Shown here: piece by piece, positions 29,656 to 42,774 of the stretch
How the letters are laid out: each line of letters begins with the position of its first letter
Numbering within the stretch: position 1 is the first letter of the stretch
Source of the DNA: the human T2T-CHM13v2.0 reference genome, Homo sapiens
Assembly (NCBI RefSeq): GCF_009914755.1
Contig: NC_060929.1
Reading direction: 5' to 3' (one strand)
DNA: 64,000 nucleotides
Made by a program: the position numbers and the translations under genes
Notes under the pieces: model-generated
Told to the model about the DNA's origin: nothing
The model's input: only the letters and a program-made list of their open reading frames with translations
Database searches by the model: none

Positions 29656-30961
29656 TACTTTCTTTCTGTGTGAGGCTCTCAGCTCAAGGAAGATTTCCAC
29701 TGAGACTCAAAGAATTCTGGAGTTGGAAGGAGCCCTAGAGGTCCTCCTGCTTAACCATGTCTTCAGTGTGGAACTTCTCACAGTCTGAAATATTTCAAAT
29801 TGCATACATTTCTACCAAACTGAAGACAGTGTGGCATTCCTGTTGAAGCAGTAACGGTTCACTATGTTAACTAATTTGATAATGGCGCAACAGCTATCTG
29901 GTAATACATGGGCAATTAATATCTATGTTCCTTGAGAAGCTTCATGACACTGATTGTGGAGCCCAATCCTACCGTGAACAGTGGCAATTCAGATATTCAT
30001 CCTTTGCCACCAATCTATTAATCTATTAATCAGTGGTAAAGAATGAAAAACTCTTTGTAATCTGTGCAAACCCAAAGAGAATTGCATCCTTGGCATATTT
30101 TCACCTTTTAGGATCTGGTTACCAATTAGAAAAATTACTTGGCATATCAACTCCTATACAGCAGTTAGTCTCTATAAAAATGGATTTTCTTTCCAGACAA
30201 TTTAAAAGGACAAATGTAACTGAAAGAGAAAAATATGCATTCCTCCCACCATTAGGAATAGTGTTCTGCATAAAATTTGCAATAATTTCAGCTTTAGCCA
30301 TTTATTAGGAAATATGATATTATTCCTGGAGCCAATACAAACAATCATTTGGAACAGAGATGCCAGGAAAAACATTGTACAGTTTATGGTTTGGCCCTCT
30401 TTCATTTGTCTTCTGGTGGTTATTGCTTTTTCAACACCAGTTCTGACAACAGGACCTTTCAAATGCATTCATTTAAAATAATTATCTGAAGCCCTGCTGC
30501 TAGGCAAGGTAGAACACACACTGTATAACAGAAATAGCAATGAGTTTTGAAGCTGGAAGGTTCAGATTAAAATCTTTCCTCTGTTTCTTTCTAGGTGGAT
30601 AATGAAACATTTAACCTCTGTCTCTCTTGGTCCCCATTCATAAAATGGAAATTATAAAATAATCCATCATGAGGTTGTGCTGAAGATTAAAAAGTGATGG
30701 TGACTGTGAAAGTAAATGGTAAGGGGCAATGCTGAAAATAGTGATGATGACAACGAGGGGTTGATGAAGAAAGCAGCATCGCGGCCCCTGCTCTCTCAGA
30801 AATGACACTCACATTCCACCAAGGGGCACAAATCCCACCCATCCTGTACTTACTCTAGGTTGAGAAGTTTTGCTCCTCAAATAAACAAAAGATAACTTTC
30901 TAAAGTAGGATAAAGTTTGCTATATGAATACTAAATAGTAAAGAATTAAAACACAAAAGCT

Positions 30962-31273
<312 letters not shown>

Positions 31274-32778
31274 TTAATTAAATGTTCCTAACCCATACTA
31301 TATGAAAAATTAGTAAAGAGTTGAAATACCAAAACTGAAATATTCATTTATGTTCCTATTTTAACTGCTTCTACTAAAATATATATTTTCCTTTCTTGCA
31401 GTTAATTATAATCATTTGAAATTTTCTCTTTACTATTCAGTATAATTTTTAAATATACCAGCCACATTAAAAGTTTTATAAAAGCTGTTCAAAAATAAAA
31501 ACTGATCTTACATGTTGTTTGATGCAACCCCCTCCACTGTTGGTTTGAAAATTCCACCGTTAGAAGTTAATGTGTGGTACAATCTTTCTCTCCCAAAGGG
31601 AATAAAGGCAATACAATTATGCAGTCTCTTTTACACTGCGGTTCTTTTCTAGAAATTGGTTCTAAAGAAATATTTGTGAATGTTGCAAAGATTTCCCTAT
31701 AAATCTGTTCAATGTGTGTTGTCAGTAATATGAGAAAACTGAAAATAACCTAAGGCTTGCATGTGAGTGATCAGATAACTATGGCATTTCTGGGACTAAG
31801 AGGGATCATTTTCTTTTTCTTTGTACCCTTCTATATTATCTACAATAAGCAGCTATTGATTTTTATCAGTTAAATACATACATTTTATTTTACTAAAATA
31901 AATTAGTGGTCATCCTGATTACAGTAATAAATTTATCAAATGCATTTTATTTCATTCCCTCCTGAGACCCCATTAAAATGACAGAAAAGGGGGTGTTTTG
32001 GCATAAACCTACAAAAACAAAGGAAAAACAAGGGAAGTGACAAGAGCCACAAACTTTTGGAAGCTGGAAAGCACCTGAGTCATTGGTAACAGACCTAACA
32101 GGATCAAGCCGAATCCTGAACCGACAGTGGGGAAAGCCAAACAGCAGACACCTATACAGCACAGAGACTCCCAAAGTCTCAGGAATTAAGTGCACCAGGC
32201 ACCTCTGAAATAGGCAAAGGGGGCCCTAATGACAGAAAGACTGCCTGAAAGTCTGTTTAGGAAGTTGGGGCTCCTGAGCCTCTCCTTCCCCATTCTGCAC
32301 AGTGCAGTTTCTCTTCTCCTTGATAACAGCAGAAGGCTGGAAGTGAAGTGTCTAGAGAGGGTAAAACTAGGTCTCTTGATTGGGAGATAGAGGCACAGGT
32401 AAAAGTAGGGCTAGCTTGAACAAACAGGGAATGAATGAAGTGACATCAGGAGCTCCCCAGCCTGCTTCTTCCACTTGGCTCACAGAACAGTGGCAGCCAG
32501 GAGCATAGAGAATTCTCCGTGGACTCTGAGCAGCCCAAAAGAACTACTGACGCTGGGATTTTTCCCAGTTAAATAGCCCAGCAACAGAACCATATAGTGT
32601 GGCATTGCCAGGGATTCCCATTAGATTTTTGTGTTCCAGTGCTAGATATGAGCAGACAGCCAAGGACACAGACAGCTGAGGGAAGCCTCTGACATGAAAG
32701 GTAGAAACCAGAGTGAACAAAGAGAAAAAAGCAGCTTGAAGGAAACCAAGGCATAAGGGTAAAGAAAGGTTTTTTTTT

Positions 32779-33100
32779 GGCTGGGTGCGGTGGCTCACGC
32801 CTGTCATCCTAGCAATTAGGGAGGCCGAGGCAGGTGGATCACTTGAGGTCAGGAGTTCGAGACCAGCCTGGCCAACATGACAAAACCCTGTCTCTACTAA
32901 AAATACAAAAATTAGCTGGTTGTGGTGGCGTAAGCCTGTAATTCCAGCTACGGAAGGCTGAGGGAGGAGAATCTCTTGAACCCGAGAGGCGGAGGTTGCA
33001 GTGAGCCAAGATTGCGCCATTGCACTGCAGCCTGGATGACAGAGTGAGACTCTGTCTCAAGATAAAATAATAATACTAATAAATAAAAAATAAAATAAAT
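32779..33100 (+). mobile_element. AluSx/Sz
   Basis: Full dimer; TSD AAAGAAAGGTTTTT at 32761 and 33108. Confidence 0.95.
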
Positions 33101-33604
33101 TTTTAAAAAAGAAAGGTTTTTAAAGAACTATTGTTAAACTATCATTACTAAACTATTATTTAGATTCCCTGAGAGATAGAAGAGAATGTTGCATCCGTTA
33201 AACAAGAAGGTGATATTTAAAACACACACAAAGAGACTATTTAGAGAACAAAAAGAGTCCTTAGAAATGGAAGGTACAGTAGAGGAAGCAGAAGATAAAG
33301 TTGAGGAAACTCTCAGAAAGTAGAAATAGAAACAGACATAGAAAATAGAAGAAAAAAACCTAAGAACATTAGAAAAAAAATAGTCCTGAAAATCCAACGT
33401 CTGAATAATAAAAGTTACAGAGAGAGAAAGTTAGAAAAATTAATTATCAAAGAAATAATTCAAAAAAAATTTCTGCAGGACTAAAGGGCATGACTTACTA
33501 GGCTGATGGGGTGACTAAAGCCCAGCCCAACAGGCCCATCTTATGACATATTCAGTGACATCTCAGACAATGGACACAAATGAAAATCCTGTAAGCTTCT
33601 AGGG

Positions 33605-33821
33605 CAGGAGGCAGTAAACCATGGCTAGTGGGCCACACCCCCACCACCTGTTTTTGTAAATAACATTGTATCAGAACAGCCAAGCTCATTTGTTTGTACC
33701 TTGCTGATGGCTTTTTTTCACACTACAACAGCCAAGTTGAGTTGAGTAGTGGTGAGAAAGTCTATGGCCCCCAAAGCTTGAAACACACATCTCACCCTTT
33801 ACAGAAGTTTGTGCACTCTTG
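33605..33821 (+). mobile_element. MER58A hAT-Charlie MITE
   Basis: CAGG..CACCTGTTTTTGTAAATAA..CCCTTTACAGAA; 8-bp TSD TTCTAGGG / TTCTAGAA. Confidence 0.85.
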
Positions 33822-34122
33822 TTCTAGAAAGAAAAAACAGATCACACACAAAAAAAACAAAGTAAAACTTTCAGGTCTGCAATATCTAAAAAAGTTTCCT
33901 CTCATACACCCTTTCTCAGAAAGTTACTAAGGTTGTGTTCCATCAAAATAAGGGAGTGTCTCAAGAGAATGGAAGATTTAAAGTAAAGGAAAAAGATAAT
34001 TCAACTCAAGAGGGAGGCAAACAAGTACAGAATGTTAGCCCTGAACCAGGCTGAGAAAGCAAGCTGCTCAGACTGGTGAGGAGAAAACGTCTAATGAATC
34101 TGGCCGTGAAGAGGATATGTCA

Positions 34123-34388
34123 GGCCGGGCACAATGGCCTGTAACAACCTATTACAACCACACTTTGGGAGGCCGAGGCAGTCTCGCTTGAGCCCAGGAG
34201 TTCAAGACAAGCCTGGGCAATACAGGGAGACCCCATCTCTACAAAAAGTACAAAATTAGCCAGGCATGGTGCTGCACACCTGTAGTCTCAGCTATCAGGA
34301 GGCTGAGGTGGGAGGATCACTTGGGCCACTGTACTCTAGCCTGGGTGACAGAGCAAGACCCTGTCTCAAAAAAATTAAAAAAAAAAAG
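34123..34388 (+). mobile_element. AluJ with an internal right-arm deletion
   Basis: GGGAGGATCACTTGGGCC joins directly to ACTGTACTCTAGCC; degenerate TSD AAGAGGATAT / AAGATGATAT. Confidence 0.9.
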
Positions 34389-35504
34389 ATGATATTTTAA
34401 AAATTAGGGGAGTGTTTGGGTTTGAATAAGTATAAAGGACATAGAAAACAAAGCAAGTAGACAACACAAAAAATACAATTAATTCTAGAGAAGATAAAAA
34501 GTTATTTGAGAAAGGACAAGTAAACAAAATATACTATGTAATTTACTTAGTCATAGTAATATAAACACTGAATATTGATTTAACTGAAAGTATTATAAAC
34601 TCTTGGGAAGATAGGAAAACAGAAAAAATAATGTGTGGGTTGAGTGTATATAATTTGGGATTTAGAAGAGGGGATTGCTAAAAGAGGAGTAAATCTTCAT
34701 CTTCCATAGCGGGAAATCAGTGGATAGCACATAGACCTATAATATCATAAATCAGCAAAATTAGCATGCTTAATTAGAAATATAGAGGTAAATACCACAA
34801 TAATCAGGTAAAAGTGTTAAAATTGGTTACCACTAGTGAATAGAAATGATGGGAAGAGGAAAGGAGGAGGCTATTTTTTCTAACAATTAATGTAGGACTC
34901 TTTAACTGCTTGTACTATATCCACACATGACTTAGATTTCTAAAATATTTTTTAAATTTTAATTAAAAATTAAAACAATGCATATGGATATTCAATGAAT
35001 ATTAGATCAGTAAGCTACCTTAAATATCACCTTGCCTGACTTTATTACTTCATTCATAAGGAAACCATGACCAAGAGAGGTTTAGTGGAGGGACAGGTCT
35101 AGATAGAACCTAGGTGTGGTGTCTGAGTCTATTTGCAGTACATCCCCAAGCAGTCCTCAAGTTCACTCAGTGAGTTTTTTAAAGTTCATGGCATAGTTGC
35201 TAACAGATTAGTATAACTTAATAGAGTAGGCATCTATTGTTTTTACCTGTCCAGAGTCCCTTCCTTCCTTCTGCTGATAACTCAAGCCCATTTCAGTGTT
35301 GAGGTGGCACTAATCCTCCCTTCTCCCCACTAGCTAAATGTATCAGGGCTGCCAAACTAGAATATTACACACAACCCTTCCCCTAGTCAAGCCACAGGGA
35401 TAAGCACATGACTAAGGCAGGATAAACTATTATTCTCCTCCATTTATTAAATAGAATTCTTGAGAGAAGATCTTTACTTGCCTTCTTTTTAGATTGTGAA
35501 CTGA

Positions 35505-35680
35505 CTGCTCTTGTTCTAACTCATTTAGTCCTCATAAAAACCCAATGAGGTTGGCATTATTTTACAGATCAGTTAACTGCCACACAAACAAGTTAAGTAA
35601 CTTACCCCAGAATATGTAACTAGTGTATGATGGATTCAAACTCAGGCAGTCTGATTCCAGATTCTGTGTTTTTAACAACT
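35505..35680 (-). mobile_element. MIR
   Basis: AACTCATTTAGTCCTCATA..TTTTACAGAT..GTTAAGTAACTTACCC..GGATTCAAACTCAGGCAGTCTGA. Confidence 0.8.
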
Positions 35681-36659
35681 TTGCCCCTACAGGGGTTATT
35701 TGCATTTTACTTCTCACACATTCATATCCCCTCTGGTGATAGTACCACTGCCAAGACTTTCATGTGGGGGACCCATACCCTCTACCCACTCTCAGTCCAC
35801 ATGGTTAAGGTAGGGTTCTATCCTAGAACTGGAGGTAAACTGGTGACCCAGGCCTAACCCATCAAAATACAGTCTCACCCTTTGGTCAGTGATTGGTTCA
35901 GGGACCAACTCATGACCCAAGCTAGTTCAATCACAGCAACTCTCAGAAACTTTTCAGGGGCTACTGGCAAAGCTTCTTGCTCTCTTTTCACCCAGACTTG
36001 AACCTATGGTAATGTGAGATTGAGACTCTTGTAGCCATCTTGCCAGCACATGGGTTCTGATGTGAAAGCCACAGTACACAGGAAAACGAAGCAGAACTGA
36101 CTCAACAAATGGAGAGGGATGAAGCCGTAATGATATGGAGAGAGATGAGGTCCTGATGACATTGACACTAGACTCTAAGCTCCGTGAGGGCACAGAATGC
36201 TACATGTTCGGTTGGCAAAAATTTGTATCACCAGTGTCTATAACAATGTTTAAGACATAGGAGGCACTTGATAAATATTATTGAACATATCATTTGATTC
36301 CCTGATACACATCATCCCTAGACTTTCCAATTACATAGACCAGTAAATTTCCTTTTATGGCTAAGACATTTGGAGTCAGGTTTCTCTCACTGGCAACCAG
36401 GGTCCTAACTGCGTTACCATGCTTTTAAATAAATCCACCCTTCTCAAAAATCTCCCCAAAATAGCTACTCCTTCCCTAGCAAAGCCTATGCTCATCAATT
36501 TGCACAATATTCCACCTCCCCTTTTAATGGGTGCAGTAAATTGACGTGCAGTTGTCTGCAACTTGAACTAGAAATCGCAGCTCTTTCCTTGCCCAGTTGC
36601 TACTTACAACTAATCCAACCACTTGGTCTCTTTATTTATTTTTTTGAACATGTTTTTTC

Positions 36660-37277
36660 CCATTTTTAAAATATTTTATTTATTTTGGATTCAGGGGATA
36701 CACATGCATGTTTGTTACATGGGCGTATTGCATACTGCTGGGGATTGGGTTTCTGGGGCCCCCATGAGCCAAATAATAAACATTGTACCCATTAGGTAAT
36801 TTTTCAACCCTCACCTCCCTTCCACCCTACCCCCTTTTGGAGTCCCCAGTGCCTTTTATCTCCTTCTTTATGTCCATGTGTCCCCATTGTTTAGCTCCCA
36901 CTTATAAGTGAGAAGATGCAGTATTTGATTTTCTGTTTCTGAGTTATTTCACTTAGGATAATGACCTCCAGCTCCATCTATGTTACTGCAAAGGACATAA
37001 TCTCATTCTTTCTTATGGCTGCATAGTATTCCGTGGTATATATGTACCATATTTTCTTTATCCAGTCAACAACTGATGGACACTTAAGTTGTTTCTATGA
37101 CTGCTGGTATGAATAGTGCTGCCATGAATATATGTGTACAGGTTTCTTTTTTATATAATGATTTGTTTTCTTTTGGGCAGATATCCAGCAAAGGGATTGC
37201 TGGGTTCAATAGTAGTTTTATTTTTAGCTCTTTGAGAAATCTCCATGCTGTCTTCCATAGAGATTGAACTAACTTAC
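36660..37277 (-). mobile_element. L1PB-type 3' end (3' half of a 5'-inverted L1)
   Basis: T-rich tail, 3' UTR, and minus-strand ORF KLVQSLWKTAWRFLKELKIKL..PAIPLL. Confidence 0.9.
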
Positions 37278-37801
37278 TGATCTTAGGCAAAGTCGACAAA
37301 AATAAACAATGAGGAAGGACATCCTATTCGATAAATGGTGCTGGGAAAATTGGCTAGCCATATGCAGAGGAATAAAACTGGACCCCTATCTCTCACCATA
37401 TACAAAAATTAACTCAAGATGCATCAGATACATAAATGTAAAACCTGAAACTATAAAAATCCTAGAATAGGGGTGTCCAATCTTTTTGGCTTCCCTGGGC
37501 CACATTGGAAGAAGAAGAATTGTCTTGGGCCACACATAAAATATACTAACACTAATGATAGCTGATGAGTTTTTAAAAATTGCAAAAAAAGTCTCATACT
37601 GTTTTAGGAAAGTTTATGAATTTGTGTTGGGCTGCATTCAAAGCTGTCCTGGGCCTCATGCAGCCCATGGGCCATGGGTTGAACAAGCTTGTCCTAGAAG
37701 AAAACCTAGGGTAAACTCTTCTGAACATTGGGTTAGGCAAAGAATTTATGATGAAGACCCCAAAAGCAAATGCAACCTAATTAAACTAAAGAGCTTCTGC
37801 A
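37276..37801 (+). mobile_element. Inverted upstream ORF2 segment of the same L1, interrupted by MER30
   Basis: ACTGATCTT..AAATGGTGCTGGGAAAATTGGCTAGCCATATGCAGA..AAACTAAAGAGCTTCTGCA. Confidence 0.88.
37468..37691 (+). mobile_element. MER30 hAT-Charlie MITE
   Basis: GGGGTGTCCAATCTTTT..GGGTTGAACAAGCTTG; perfect 8-bp TSD TCCTAGAA (37460-37467 / 37692-37699). Confidence 0.93.
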
Positions 37802-37860
37802 TTTTCTCTCTTTATACCCTCATCCCTTATAGTTGTTGAATCAGCTTTCTCTGCAGATTG

Positions 37861-38171
37861 TTTTTCGTTTTTTTTTTTTTTTTTTTTTTTTTAGATGAAG
37901 TCTCACTCTGTCACCCAAGCTGGAGTGCAGTGGCGTAATCTTGGCTCACTGCAACCTCCAGTTCCTGGGTTCAAGCAATTCTCCTGCTTCAGCCTCCTGA
38001 ATAGGTGGGACTATAGGCATGCGCCACCACACCTGGATAATTTTTGTATTTTTAGTAGACATGGGGTTTCACTATGTTGGCCAGGTTGGTCTCGAACTCC
38101 TGACCTCGTGATCTACCCGCCTCAGCCCCCCAAAGTGCTGGGAGTACAGGCGTGAGCCACCGTGCCTGGGC
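37861..38171 (-). mobile_element. AluSg-like
   Basis: Long poly-T and full dimer with TGACCTCGTGATC; perfect 13-bp TSD TCTCTGCAGATTG. Confidence 0.95.
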
Positions 38172-38189
38172 TCTCTGCAGATTGCTAAA

Positions 38190-38741
38190 GAAAAAATTCC
38201 CATTAGAAAAGAGCAGACAGAAGTTGATTTTATTCTGATGCTATTGCCAGCTATCAGGGAGGAAGTACAGGGCAAGACTGTACCCCTTTCATAGAGACAA
38301 AGGGCTAAAGAGTTACTAAGAGCCGGGGTGAGCAGATTACAGATGACTCATGTATGCTAATTGCCTTCCCCAAAGGAAAAGTAAACTTTTTCATATCTTC
38401 CTGCAAGGAGGTAATTTTACAACTTGAAAAAAGAAGCCCACCAGAGTTAGACTCCAATCCTCTCACAGACACTGAGAGATGGGGCGCTGTCTTCCTTGAC
38501 TGATGATTACATTTCAAGGGGATGGCTTGCTCCTTGGTGCTTGAAAAGACATTCCTGAGTTATAAAACTGGCAAGAGGCTTTTTTAAAAATTCACATCTC
38601 AAAGGGGCTGAGGAAAGATTTGCAATGATAAGTTTTCTAAAGTAAATGCTCTAAAAGAAGGGAGGTGTGGGGCCCAGAGTCAAAAAGAAGCCTGTCTAAA
38701 GTCTATTCAAGCTGAGGGGAAAGTAAGGGCCATTTTGGTCA
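38190..38741 (-). mobile_element. ERV1 solo LTR (MER31/MER67-like)
   Basis: Reverse complement starts TGACC..CCCCTCAGCTTGAATAGACTTTAGACAGGCTTC; left boundary uncertain. Confidence 0.6.
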
Positions 38742-39062
38742 AGATTTATCGGAAACTGGCAGCAAACTGATCTTTTATGATTCATAAGACATCTGTCAAA
38801 ATGTTCTAGTTTCACTGGATTTCCTCCTAAGAGGAATAAAAACACTTACTTTAAGAAAACTTTCTGAAAAGAGTTAACATCATGTCCAGCAAAATAGCTT
38901 ATGTTCCCCTGTCTAATACTCATTAGTCCTCTTAGAACACAGTGAAATCTGTCCTGGGTAGAGTACACAATCTCTCATCCTACATAGTCTTCCACAGAAA
39001 CTACCCATGAGTTTAAAAACAGCCTGCTTTAACCTGTGCAATGGTTTGCAGTGGTTACCAAC

Positions 39063-39448
39063 TGCTATGGTCTGAAAGTTTGTGTCTCCCCAGACTTCAT
39101 ATGTTGAAACCTAATCACCCATGAGATAGTATTCAGGGGTGAAGCCTTTGGGAGGTGATTAGGTAATGAGGGTGGAGCTCTTGTGAATGGAATTAGTGCC
39201 TTTATAAAAGAGGGTCACGTGAATGGAGTTAGTGCCTTTGCAATAGAGGCCACTCACCCCTTCCACCATGTGAGGACACAGCAAGAAAGCACCATCTATG
39301 AACGAGGACGCAGGCCCTCACCAGGCACTGAACCTGCTGGTGCCTTGGGGATTTCCCTGCCTCCAGAGCCATAAGAAATACATTTCTGTTGTTTATAAGC
39401 TACCTAGTTAATGGTATTTTGTTGTAGCAGCCTGAGCCATCTAAGATA
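39063..39448 (+). mobile_element. MSTD/MLT1A-type MaLR solo LTR
   Basis: TGCTATGGTCTGAA..GCCTTTGGGAGGTGATTAGG..CTAAGATA; TSD CCAAC / CCAAT. Confidence 0.85.
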
Positions 39449-39584
39449 CCAATAAAGAAGAAAAGATGGTGTGATGGCAATCAAAGCCCTTTCACTGCAG
39501 CAATTTAGCAACTCTCCAAAGGGGGAGACTAATGAATGCAAAAGCCATATCAAAGAGGAAATAGAGTTAAGAAGTTGAAGGAGT

Positions 39585-39890
39585 TGGGCTCAGTTGGTGG
39601 CTGAGCCCACCTATAATCCCAGTACTTTGGGAGGCCAAGGCAGGCAGACCACTTGAGCCCAGGAGTTCAAGACTAGCCTGGGCAACATGGTAAAATCTCA
39701 TCTCTACCAAAAAAAAACCAAAAAACAAAAATTAGCTGGGCAGTGGTGGCGCACGGCTGGAGTGGAAGCTGAGGTGGGAGGATTGCTTGAGCCCAGGAGG
39801 TCGAGGCTACAGTGAGCCGCAATCAAGCCACTGCACTCCAGCCTGAACAATTGAGCGATATCCAGCCTCAAAGAAAACAAAAAAAAAGGA
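39585..39890 (+). mobile_element. AluJ, degraded
   Basis: CTTGAGCCCAGGAGTTCAAGAC..GGGAGGATTGCTTGAGCCCAGGAGGTCGAGGCT. Confidence 0.88.
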
Positions 39891-40949
39891 AAGTTGAAGA
39901 AGAATCTTCCAAAAGTTATGGGGAAGATACACAGCAGATGGGCACAGCACAGTGTGTGGGCCAGCACAGAAGAGAGATGGTGTTTCTCTCTGGATTCACC
40001 CAGAATTTCTACAGTAGCATTTTCCCAGGAAGCACAAATTCCTCAAGACATTCTGCAGCTGTTCTTTGGTCAAATCATTTTGATAAATTCTGAAGACTGT
40101 GAGTGAGCTCCCCACTCCCCTAACTTGGGGTACAGAATACATATGACTGTATCAAAGGCTCAGAGAGACCATGTGGCAGAGGCCAACTTAAATGAGTTTC
40201 CTCAGTGTTTTCAAATGGACTGGACTACAGAACCTTTTTTTTTTTTTTAGAAAACTTTTTTTTATTAATCATTTGTTAATCTGTCCAAACTACTGTTTGA
40301 GGCACTGTTCCATTCCCTGTCTCCCCTCATTGTTTCCTTCAAACAACCTCGACAGTCAGTAAGGGTTTGGCTCCTGCACTCACTGCCTGCTGCTGTCTGA
40401 GCTTCTGCCTCCTCCTGATTCCTGCATGACTGGCTCCTTCTTTGGTCCCCTTCATTCCAATGACCTCCCCCCTCCAATCTACATCAGCTATCCCATCTCA
40501 TGGTCACATCTTACCCAGATCATCCCCCAGAACTACTTCTCCTCTGAAATCATAAATGTAGAAGCTCTGCCTCCATCAAAGCAGTAGATTAAAACACTGT
40601 TCTGGGATGATGATGATCCCATCTTAAATCCTTGCAACCTAGAGTTCTAGAAAATTAAAAGGAACCAAAATATTGTCAAAATGGAATATTGCTAAAAATA
40701 CATTTATCTAGTCATAAACTGTTCTGTTTGCTCAATACTAATAAATTTTGGCATTTTTTTGATTGTCAAATCAGTAGTGCCATTATTTTTAGACCCATTG
40801 ATCCCTTTCATTAGGTTTCCTATTGAAACATTTGTCTGGTGGTATCAATGTTACAGATCAGATTGCTGACACGACTGGAGCTGCCTATCCAAAGATACGC
40901 ATTAGCTTACATTTTAAAAAGAAAAAACAATGTTCTGTCTAAAAGTATT

Positions 40950-41314
40950 TGATATGGTTTGGCTCTGTGTCCCTACCCAATCTCATCTCAGATTGTAATC
41001 CCCAGGTGTCAAGGAAGGGACCTGGTGGAAAGTGATTGGTTCATGGGGACAGTTTCCCCATGCCGTTCTCATGAGAGTGAGTGAGTTCTCATGAGAGCTG
41101 ATGGTTTAAAAAGTGCTTGGCAATTCCCCCTTTGCTCTTTTTCCTGCTGCCTTGCGAAGAGGGTACTTGCTTCTCCTTCATCTTCCACCATGATTGTAAG
41201 TTTCCTGAGGCCTCCCCAGCCATGCTGAACTGTGAGTCAAATAAACCTCTTTCCTTCATAAATCACCCAGTCTCAGGTAGTATCTTTATAACAGTGTGAA
41301 AATGGACTAATACA
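40950..41314 (+). mobile_element. THE1D/MSTA MaLR solo LTR
   Basis: TGATATGGTTTGGCTCTGTGTCC...AATGGACTAATACA; TSD GTATT / GTTTT. Confidence 0.9.
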
Positions 41315-41375
41315 GTTTTGTTTTTAGTGATGTTGAATTTTCTTAAAAGAAGATTAAGATATCCCGATTTGTTTT

Positions 41376-41480
41376 GAAGGAAGAAAAAAAGAAAGAAAAG
41401 AAGGAAAGAAAGAATAAAGAGAGGGAGGAAGGGAGGGGGGTGGGAAACAAGGAGGGAATGAAAGGAGAAAGGAAAATGGG
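41376..41480. repeat. GA-rich low-complexity tract
   Basis: Almost exclusively purines (GAAA and GGAA units). Confidence 0.85.
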
Positions 41481-41834
41481 TAGGTACAAAATGAAGGGAA
41501 AGAGTCACAACCACTCTTTTATCCTTCTACATCTCCTTTGTCTTTGTCCAAAAAAATCTTATTGGACTTCACCAAGATCCTCTCCTAGGCTATCAGGACC
41601 TCTTGAGTTTTCTTTTCTTCTTACCTGGCCCTAGGAACAATCAACTCAATGACCTCTATCAGCTTCCTTAATTCACTTACCTCTTTGCCTTATACCTTAA
41701 TCCTACTCTACTGACCCCTAAACTTGGATGAATTCAATAATTTATTTTCTGTACCCTTACTACTGGGAAGTTGAGTTCCATTGGAGATATTCTCAGAACT
41801 TTACATATTGACAGTGTCACAAATTAAAGTTTGC

Positions 41835-42295
41835 ATAAACAGAATGCCCCCCAAAATGTACCCACACCCTAATTCCCAGAATCTGTGAATATGTGACCTT
41901 ACATGGAAAAAGGGACTTTGTAGATGTGATTAGGTTAACACTCTTAAATGAGGAGATTATCCTCATATTCAAGTGGGTCCAATGTAATCAAAAGGGTCAA
42001 GATCAGAAAAAAAAAAAAAGTCACAACAGAAGCAGAGGTTGGTGTGATGTAGTTTGAGGATGAAGGAAGGGGCCATGAGTCAAGTAAAACAGGCGTCCTC
42101 TAGAAGCTGGAAAAGGCAAGGAACAAATTATCTCCCTGGATCTCCAGAAAGAACAGAGCACTGCCAACACCTTGATTTTAGTCCTGTAAAAGTCATTTTA
42201 GACTTCCATCCTTCAGAACGGTAAGATAATACATTTGTGTTGTTGTGAGCACCAAGAATGTGGTAATTCATTACAGCAGCAATAGGAAACTAGAC
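41835..42295 (+). mobile_element. MLT1C/D MaLR LTR
   Basis: TGTGAATATGTGACCTTACATGG..GGGACTTTG..CTAGAAGCTGGAAAAGGCAAGGAA..CAGCAATAGGAAACTA. Confidence 0.85.
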
Positions 42296-42324
42296 GGTTT
42301 CCAGGCTCAGAGGAGTCTTCAGAT

Positions 42325-42774
42325 TGTGGTAGATCTACTTCAAAGATGGCTGCTATCAATCCTTCCCTCCCTGTATGTGCATGCTGCTCTTTCCTTCAAC
42401 AAGTGGAACCTATTTTCCTTCCTCTTGACTCTGGGTTGGCCTCATCACTTGCTGTGACCAAAGGAATGATTTGGAAGTGGCACCATGCCAGTACTAGGCC
42501 CGAGGCAGCTTCTGCTTCCTCCCTGTTGGAATCCAGCCATCATGTAAGAAGTCTAACTATCCTGAGACCATTAGGCTCTGAGGGAGTCCAAGTTGTTCCA
42601 GGCATCCTCGTTGAGGCACCAGACACATAAGTGCAGGAACCACTTTGGACACCATTTGTAGAAGAACTGCTTAGGTGAATCTAGCCCAGATTGCAGAATC
42701 ATGAATAATAAGTGGCTGGGTTTTAAGCCACAAAATTTTGGGTGATTTGTCCTGAAGCACTAGAGAACTGAAAC
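42325..42774 (+). mobile_element. MLT1F/G-type MaLR LTR
   Basis: TGTGGTAG..CAAAGATGGCTGC..CATGTAAGAAGTC..TTTTAAGCCAC..AACTGAAACA. Confidence 0.7.

Larger units (their letters stand above)
31905..34975 (+). mobile_element. HAL1 (half-L1)-like ancient element hosting two Alus and MER58A
   Basis: Degenerate ORF1-like A-rich stretch (33150-33600) followed by CACCCTTTCTCAGAAAGTTACT..CATCAAAATAAGGGAG (recalled as HAL1), with no ORF2-like sequence following. Confidence 0.55.
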
